From contig CANHGA010000001.1 in NCBI GenBank assembly GCA_947460085.1, positions 1-43,377 of the forward strand: a stretch of 43,377 nt of DNA, read 5' to 3'. A program made the translations under genes and the position numbers. Shown here piece after piece: positions 37,604 to 43,377 of this stretch (position 1 is its first letter; each line of letters opens with the position of its first letter). The notes beneath the pieces were generated by a model, which did not search any database, was not told where the DNA came from, and was given only the letters and a program-made list of their open reading frames with translations. The DNA is from Synechococcaceae cyanobacterium (GTDB lineage: Bacteria; Cyanobacteriota; Cyanobacteriia; PCC-6307; Cyanobiaceae).

Positions 37604-39019
37604 TCAGCTTGGCAGGGAAGCCAACACCTGCTGGTCGCCCACCTTCAACACCACCATCGACGCATCGTCATCGAGCTGGCGATCGGCCCCCACAAAGCGA
37701 TCGAGCCCGGCAAACAACAGATCGAGAATCTCCTGGGCGCCCAGATCCCCATGGCAGGCCGTCTGAAACTGGTTAATCAGGCGGTGCTCTTCGAAACGCT
37801 CGCCCCTGACGCCCACGGCTTCCGTCACCCCATCGGTGAAATACAGGAGAACATCACCGGGCTCGAGCAGGGTCTGGCCAGCGTCGTAATCCGCCCCAGG
37901 TTGCAAGCCGATCACCACCCCAGGGACATCCAACCGCTCAACCTGGCCTGTACCTGTGCCCATGCCCCTGCGCCAGATCAAGGGCGGATGGTGGCCGGCA
38001 TTGGCGTAGCGCAACAGTCGGGTGCAGGGATCGAAATCGGAATAAAACAGCGTCACAAAGCGGTGGGAGTGGGCCAGGTCCTCCTGGGCCAATTGGTTGA
38101 GGTCGTGCAGGATCCGATCGGGCGCGTGGCCGCTCAACACCTCGGCCCGCAACATGCCCCGCAGCAAGGCCATCAGCAGGCCGGCTGGCACGCCCTTGCC
38201 CATCACATCGCCGATCACCAAGGCCCACCGGGCCGCCGCGGGCCCAGGGCCCGAACCCTGGGGCTGGGTGGGAATGAAGTCGTAGTAGTCGCCTCCCACC
38301 TCAAAAGCAGTGCGGCAGCGGGCCGCCACCGTGACCCCCCCAATCAGCGGACAACGATTCGGCAACAACTGGGCCTGAATCTCAGCGCCAATGCTGAGTT
38401 GGCGATCGACGCGCTCATGGCGCTGCATGGCCTGCCGCAGGCTGGCGCCTTCCAGGGCCACCCCCGCTAAATCCGCCACCAGCTGCAGCTGGAGGCGGTG
38501 CCCCCCACTCCAGGGGAGCTCACCGCGGGGGGCAAGAACATAGAGCCGGCCGCGCTGGCTGGATCGGGCCACCACCGAGGTGCCAAGCAACTGGCCATCA
38601 CCCAGCACCTGGCCATCGCCAAACAAGCGCCCGACAAGTTGATCCAGGTGGGCGACACCGGCGGGATCGCCGCTCCAGGCCCCCAGCTCCCAATCGGGCA
38701 AGGCCGCCAATTGGCGCAGCCCATCTGCCCACCGATCGGCGGGGAAGGCCTGCAAGTGGTCGCGCCAGAGCCGGCCGTCCTCGTGGAAGACCACCAACAG
38801 GGCGCCCTGGCTCGCCACGAGCCGACTGGTGACCAGCGGCACCAACTCAAGAAAACGGCCCAGGTTCGTGAAGCTGCGCAGGGCATAGGCCAGCGATGCC
38901 AGCAGGTCCTGATGGCGCCTTTGTTCCTGGCTCAGGCTGTCGAGCCCTTGGCGCACCGATGGCGACGCTGACAACACCGCTCTGGTGGGAAGGACACGAA
39001 AGCTAGCCGTGGTTTCCAA
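37604..39019 (-). CDS. PP2C/SpoIIE (RsbU-like) Ser/Thr phosphatase with N-terminal GAF-like domain
   Basis: EIQAQLLP, VGGDYYD, IGDVMGKG, FTDGVTEA, DDASMVV. Confidence 0.92.
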   Translation of the reverse strand: METTASFRVLPTRAVLSASPSVRQGLDSLSQEQRRHQDLLASLAYALRSFTNLGRFLELVPLVTSRLVASQGALLVVFHEDGRLWRDHLQAFPADRWADGLRQLAALPDWELGAWSGDPAGVAHLDQLVGRLFGDGQVLGDGQLLGTSVVARSSQRGRLYVLAPRGELPWSGGHRLQLQLVADLAGVALEGASLRQAMQRHERVDRQLSIGAEIQAQLLPNRCPLIGGVTVAARCRTAFEVGGDYYDFIPTQPQGSGPGPAAARWALVIGDVMGKGVPAGLLMALLRGMLRAEVLSGHAPDRILHDLNQLAQEDLAHSHRFVTLFYSDFDPCTRLLRYANAGHHPPLIWRRGMGTGTGQVERLDVPGVVIGLQPGADYDAGQTLLEPGDVLLYFTDGVTEAVGVRGERFEEHRLINQFQTACHGDLGAQEILDLLFAGLDRFVGADRQLDDDASMVVLKVGDQQVLASLPS

Positions 39020-39057
39020 CTGACCCGGGCAAGCCAGGGCAACCCAGGGGGTGGGAG

Positions 39058-40530
39058 CTATCCGCCCAACAACGCCTCAACAAACTCAAAACTGTTGAAG
39101 GGCCGCAAATCGCGAATGCCTTCGCCAGCCCCCACAAAACGAATCGGCAATCCGGCTTCCGACGCCACCGCCAGGGCCACACCACCGCGGGCACTGCCAT
39201 CCAATTTGGTGAGGACCACGCCCGTGAGGCCTGCGGCCTTGGCAAAGGCCATCGCCTGACGCAGGCCGTTTTGGCCCTGGCTGGCATCCAAAACCAGCAG
39301 GGATTCCACCACCGCATCCGGGGCCAATCTGTCGATGATGCGCCGCACCTTGGCCAGCTCCTCCATGAGGTTGTGCTTGGTTTGCAGACGACCGGCCGTA
39401 TCCACTAACACCAGCTCGGTGCCCTTGGCCTTGGCCGCACCAATGGCGTCAAACACCACCGCAGCAGGATCCGCATTGGCGCTGGGATTGGCAATCACCG
39501 GCACATCGCTGCGATCACCCCAAACCTGCACCTGCTGAACGGCCGCCGCCCGGAAGGTATCGGCCGCCGCAATCAAACAGCTGTAGCCACTGCGCACGGC
39601 CAGGTTGGCCAGCTTGCCCAGGGTGGTGGTTTTGCCCACCCCATTCACACCCACCATCAACCAGACGTTGAGGCGATCCCGCTGGGGAGCCAGCAGTTCA
39701 TGGGCGCTGGCCTGGATCGGCTGATCCAGGATGCCGCGGAGCTGTTCCTTCAGAAAACGGATCCCCTCGCTGGGGTCGACCACCTCCTCGTTGAGGCGTT
39801 TTCGCAGGGCTTCGAGCACCTGGTCGGTGGCCTTAACGCCCACATCGGCCCGCAGCAGGGTGCCTTCCAGGTCATCGAGCACCTCGGGGGTGAGGGGGTC
39901 GTCACCAAGGTTTTCAAGCAGCTGGGTGACAAACCCCTGGCGGGTTTTCTCCAGGCCCTGGCGCAGGCGAGAGAGCCAATCAATCTCCTCAAGGGAAACC
40001 TGATCGATCCGTTTGCCCTGGGCGGCCAGCACCTCCGCGGACCAGGTGAAGGTGTCATCAAAGGCGCCCAGCTCGGGCTCCGTCGCCATGGGGGCTGGCG
40101 AACGATCAGCTAGGGGTGCCTGGACAGGCTCGGGGGCGGCAATGGCCTGCTGGCGCTCCGCCCGCTGGGCCGCGGCCTGCTCCAAAAGGGACAACCCTTG
40201 GGGGGCAACCGGGGCGGCAACCGGTTCAACCTTCGCTTCTTCTTGTTTGGCAGTTTCCTGCTTCGCGGCTTCCTCTTTTGCCGCTTCTTCTTGTTTGGCA
40301 GTTTCCTGCTTCGCCGCGTCCTGCTGGGCCTTCAGCCGGGCATAGGCCTGCTTGGCCCACTCGAGGGCAGCTGCATCGCCATCAACAACACCGCCATCCA
40401 TGGGCTCCCCACTGGGGGATGGGGGATCCCCTTGGGGGCCGTCCTGGGACGGATTGGGCTCGGGGGCACCCTGATCAGAAGCACCGTTATCGGCAGCACC
40501 GCTGGTGCGGTTGAACCAGTCGTAAACCAT
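39058..40530 (-). CDS. ftsY: signal recognition particle receptor
   Basis: GVNGVGKTTT, DTFRAAA, DTAGR, TKLDGSARGG; long acidic/Ala-rich N-terminal domain. Confidence 0.98.
   Translation of the reverse strand: MVYDWFNRTSGAADNGASDQGAPEPNPSQDGPQGDPPSPSGEPMDGGVVDGDAAALEWAKQAYARLKAQQDAAKQETAKQEEAAKEEAAKQETAKQEEAKVEPVAAPVAPQGLSLLEQAAAQRAERQQAIAAPEPVQAPLADRSPAPMATEPELGAFDDTFTWSAEVLAAQGKRIDQVSLEEIDWLSRLRQGLEKTRQGFVTQLLENLGDDPLTPEVLDDLEGTLLRADVGVKATDQVLEALRKRLNEEVVDPSEGIRFLKEQLRGILDQPIQASAHELLAPQRDRLNVWLMVGVNGVGKTTTLGKLANLAVRSGYSCLIAAADTFRAAAVQQVQVWGDRSDVPVIANPSANADPAAVVFDAIGAAKAKGTELVLVDTAGRLQTKHNLMEELAKVRRIIDRLAPDAVVESLLVLDASQGQNGLRQAMAFAKAAGLTGVVLTKLDGSARGGVALAVASEAGLPIRFVGAGEGIRDLRPFNSFEFVEALLGG
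40234..40314. repeat. perfect 33-bp direct repeat (period 48 bp) inside ftsY
   Basis: CGCTTCTTCTTGTTTGGCAGTTTCCTGCTTCGC at 40234-40266 and 40282-40314; encodes AKQETAKQEEA twice. Confidence 0.9.
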
Positions 40531-40536
40531 CGCCCC

Positions 40537-41193
40537 TCAGCTCTCCGCAGGCACGGCAGCGGCCGTAAACCGACGCAACACCCCGTTGATCATGCGACGA
40601 CCCTGCTCATCGCTGTAGCGATTGGCCAGTTCCACAGCCTCGTTGCAGGCCACCGCCGCCGGGGTTTTGAAATCACTGAGATCCACGGCCGCCAAGCGCA
40701 GGATGTCCCGATCGATGCGGGGCAACCGTGCCAGGCGCCAACCCTCCATCACCCCATCCAAGCGGGCATCAATGGCTTCACGCTGACGCAGGACGGCCCG
40801 GGCCCGATCCATGGCACCACGGCGCACCTCGTCTTGATCAGCCAGGAGCAGGAGCCTGGGCAATTCCAGGCTGGCCGAAAGCCGATTGAGCGCCTGCTCC
40901 GCCGACACCAAACCGGCCTGCAAGTGGCTACGAACCCGGGGCAATTGCTGCTCTCCCTGCTCCTGCAATTCACTGTCGAGCAGCTCCTGCTGGGCCGTTT
41001 GCAGATCCTCCGCCGACCGATCCAAGGCCTCGCGAACGTGTTGATGGAGGGTGGTCAGGGCTTGCTGCAAGAGGACATCCATGCCCCCATCGGGCAAAGC
41101 CTTGGCACTGCTGCCACTGGCACTGCTGCCGCGGTCACTGATCTGACCCAACAGCAACAGGGCCAGTTCACGGGAAAGGGTGCGGCTCTGCAT
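40537..41193 (-). CDS. nusB: transcription antitermination factor
   Basis: RTLSRELALLLL, GWRLARLPRIDRDILRLA, NEAVELANRY, MINGVL. Confidence 0.95.
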   Translation of the reverse strand: MQSRTLSRELALLLLGQISDRGSSASGSSAKALPDGGMDVLLQQALTTLHQHVREALDRSAEDLQTAQQELLDSELQEQGEQQLPRVRSHLQAGLVSAEQALNRLSASLELPRLLLLADQDEVRRGAMDRARAVLRQREAIDARLDGVMEGWRLARLPRIDRDILRLAAVDLSDFKTPAAVACNEAVELANRYSDEQGRRMINGVLRRFTAAAVPAES

Positions 41194-41918
41194 CAGGACA
41201 TCTGGGGAGCCCGCAGCTGGGCCAAGAGACTGGAGAAGCTGCGGTTGGGTGTTTCGCGTTCGTCAGGGTTGACGATGCCAGCGGAAATGATCGTGCGGAA
41301 GGCATCCTCCACCGAGAGGTCGAGGTCCTTGACCTTGGTCTCGGGCACCACCGCATACCAACCGGTGGTGGGGTTGGGGGCCGTGGGGATGAACACGCTG
41401 AGCATGGGCTCACTGAAACCCACCTGGAGGGCGGTGCCAAGCACACCGGTCACAAAACCAAGGGCGTAGAGCCCCTCCCGGGGATATTCCACCAGCACAA
41501 CCCGGCGGAATTTGCTGGAGCTTCCCTGGAGAAAGGTTTCCAGCAGCTGCTTGAGGGTTTTGTAAACGGAACCCGCTAACGGAATGCGGAGCAAGGTGCC
41601 CTCCCCAAATTCCAGCAGCCAACGGCCCACGATGTTGCGGGCCATCAAACCGATCAGCAGGATCCCCAACAGGGGCACCAACAAACCCACCCCCAGGTTG
41701 ATCAACTCCTGGAAAAAGGGGTTGAGGGTGTTGAAGGGATTGAACTGCTTGGGAATCGAGGTGAGAAACGCCAGCACGAAGCGGCTCACCGTGGTGGCCA
41801 GCCAAATCGTGGTGGCCAGCGGAATCACCACCAACAGACCCGCAATCAGGTCGTTCTTGAGATCCTGCTGGAACCGATCCTTCAGAGGCTGGTCAGATCT
41901 GGGATTGGACTGAACCAA
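41193..41918 (-). CDS. DUF502 family membrane protein
   Basis: LIAGLLVVIPL, RIPLAGSVY, VLVEYPR, VFIPTAPNPTTG, IISAG. Confidence 0.9.
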   Translation of the reverse strand: MVQSNPRSDQPLKDRFQQDLKNDLIAGLLVVIPLATTIWLATTVSRFVLAFLTSIPKQFNPFNTLNPFFQELINLGVGLLVPLLGILLIGLMARNIVGRWLLEFGEGTLLRIPLAGSVYKTLKQLLETFLQGSSSKFRRVVLVEYPREGLYALGFVTGVLGTALQVGFSEPMLSVFIPTAPNPTTGWYAVVPETKVKDLDLSVEDAFRTIISAGIVNPDERETPNRSFSSLLAQLRAPQMS

Positions 41919-41989
41919 GGAACAATCCGGGAATCCGGCCTTCAGCTACCTATGGGCAACTTAGCCATCCGTCAGGTCGGTGAAGGATT

Positions 41990-42661
41990 TCAGAGCAACG
42001 CCACCAGGGCCAGCACCACAAAGGCAATCGCCAAAACCGCCGAGCGGCCAGTGCCTCCAAAGCGACGCTGCTGCACAGCCAGGTCGCGGCCCAACTTGGC
42101 CTGACCCAATTGCTGCTCCTGTTTCTCCAGCTGGGGCTTGAGCTGGGTGTCAATGAATTGACGGGCCTGGGCCTGCTTTTGCTCCTCAGACACCCCGGGG
42201 GGGATCTGACCGGCCTTTTCTGCCTGGGCAATCACCTGATCAACGGCCTTGGGATCGGCCAGCTGTTGCTTTTCGCGTTGCAGCTGCATGGACTGCATCG
42301 CGATGGCGGCATCGGCCTGGGCGACCTGCTGGGCCGTGGCATTTTCCGAACCAATCGACACCGGTACGGCCACCACCATGGCAATCGCCAGCAGGATGCT
42401 CACCCCACCAACCACCCATTGGATGGGGGTGCGGGTGCCGGCGGGATGGTCGAGCTTGGCGCCGTAGAGCATCAACACCAACCCAAGCAAGGCCATCGGG
42501 GATTCCCCCACGAGGCGATCCACCAGGAGCTGGCGGAAGGGTTCCAGGGCCCAGTTCCAGGAAGCCAGGAGCACCAAGAGCTGGAGGCCCATCAGCACCA
42601 CCAGGGTGATGCCAATCCAACGGAGCAGGTGGCCAAAACGACCGGATGGAACGGTGCTCAA
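41990..42661 (-). CDS. HpsJ-like membrane protein
   Basis: Three N-terminal TM helices (LVGESPMALLGLVLM), a Gln-rich coiled-coil loop and a C-terminal TM; position next to queG. Confidence 0.7.
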   Translation of the reverse strand: MSTVPSGRFGHLLRWIGITLVVLMGLQLLVLLASWNWALEPFRQLLVDRLVGESPMALLGLVLMLYGAKLDHPAGTRTPIQWVVGGVSILLAIAMVVAVPVSIGSENATAQQVAQADAAIAMQSMQLQREKQQLADPKAVDQVIAQAEKAGQIPPGVSEEQKQAQARQFIDTQLKPQLEKQEQQLGQAKLGRDLAVQQRRFGGTGRSAVLAIAFVVLALVALL

Positions 42662-42706
42662 GGGGTTCTCGCAGCAGACTGGGGATGTGGCGCAACTTTA
42701 CGGGTG

Positions 42707-43377
42707 ATGGCAGGTCCTGCCCAACCAGGCCATGGCCCCCAGCAGCTGGTGGTCCAGCTCAAACAGCAAGCCCTCGCCCTGGGCTTTGACCCGGTGGGCA
42801 TCGCCACCGTGCCCGGCAGCCCCCGCCTGCCCCTGCGCACCGCGGCCCTCGAACGCTGGCTGGCCGCCGGGCACCAGGCCGACATGGCCTGGATGGCCGA
42901 TCCCCGCCGCCGCGCTGTAGAAGCCCTGCTTCCCGGCGTCCGCAGCCTGGTGGCGGTGGGGCTCAACTACTACGTGGATGCCAAACGCCAACCGGAGGCC
43001 CTGGCGGTGGCCCGCTATGGCTGGGGGCGCGATTACCACCGGGTGATCGATGGCCGCCTGCGGCAGTTGGGCCGCTGGCTGGAAAGCCAAGCCCCTGGGG
43101 TGCGGTGGAGGGCCTGCGTCGACAGTGCGCCGCTGATGGATAAGGCCTGGGCTGAGGAGGCTGGGCTGGGTTGGATCGGCAAACACGGCAACCTGATTCA
43201 CCCCAAGAGGGGCTCCTGGCTGCTGCTTGGCCACCTGCTCACCACCCTGGACCTGCCCGCCGACCAACCCTCCGCAACCCTCTGCGGACGCTGTACGGCC
43301 TGCCTGGACGCCTGCCCAACCCAGGCGATAACGGAGCCCTTTGTGGTGGACAGCCGCCGCTGCATCGCCTTCCACAC
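42707..43377 (+). CDS. queG: epoxyqueuosine reductase, 5' part (runs off the window)
   Basis: Manual translation from ATG 42707 gives LGFDPVGIA, HQADMAWM, ARYGWGRDYH, VDSAPLMDKAWAEEAGLGWIGK and CGRCTACLDACPT. It is missing from the ORF track because there is no stop codon in the window. Confidence 0.95.
   Translation, partial: MAGPAQPGHGPQQLVVQLKQQALALGFDPVGIATVPGSPRLPLRTAALERWLAAGHQADMAWMADPRRRAVEALLPGVRSLVAVGLNYYVDAKRQPEALAVARYGWGRDYHRVIDGRLRQLGRWLESQAPGVRWRACVDSAPLMDKAWAEEAGLGWIGKHGNLIHPKRGSWLLLGHLLTTLDLPADQPSATLCGRCTACLDACPTQAITEPFVVDSRRCIAFH

Noticed and set aside
2362-43375. Long antisense ORFs (e.g. 2362-3822, 4188-5204, 8200-9867, 11060-12325, 21895-22893, 22812-24215, 40198-41469, 42698-43375)
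   Set aside because: They mirror well-supported genes on the opposite strand, show no family motifs, and are expected in high-GC DNA.

Overview
GC-rich core-genome segment of a picocyanobacterium (Cyanobium/Synechococcus type). The assignment rests on ycf37, psb34, sqdB-sqdX, a CYP38-like cyclophilin, gap2, an HpsJ-like gene and a gene order I recall from the replication-origin-proximal region of marine Synechococcus/Prochlorococcus. The window holds 46 protein genes and one tRNA-Gly(CCC). In order: rpmI(3' end)-rplT-ycf37, thiG-psb34-sqdB-sqdX, mrdA, guaA, cbiD, a class V aminotransferase, tRNA-Gly, a cluster of small hypothetical genes, an SNF2 helicase/HNH pair, an SDR, pdxA, accB-efp, cyclophilin, gap2, murC-murB-ybaB, grpE-dnaJ-tusA-rsgA, pilB-pilT-pilC, a BaiN-type flavoprotein, dusA, an RRM protein, argH, a PP2C phosphatase, ftsY-nusB-DUF502, hpsJ-like and queG(5' part). 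I saw no integrase, transposase, prophage gene or CRISPR array, so most of the window is ordinary housekeeping DNA. The best candidate for an undescribed system is at 15-17.3 kb. There a SMARCAL1/ZRANB3-like SNF2 ATPase with a HARP-like N-terminus lies head-to-head with an HNH nuclease, next to a small secreted/membrane protein gene carrying a near-perfect cyanobacterial LexA box. This could be an SOS-linked fork-remodelling module, but that is inference only. Other points of note are a triplicated Trp-Glu-stop end of guaA, two divergent genes sharing one CATG start, many in-frame micro-duplications, and the apparent absence of thiL and msrB from their usual positions. All calls are by eye and from recalled family motifs; no searches were run.
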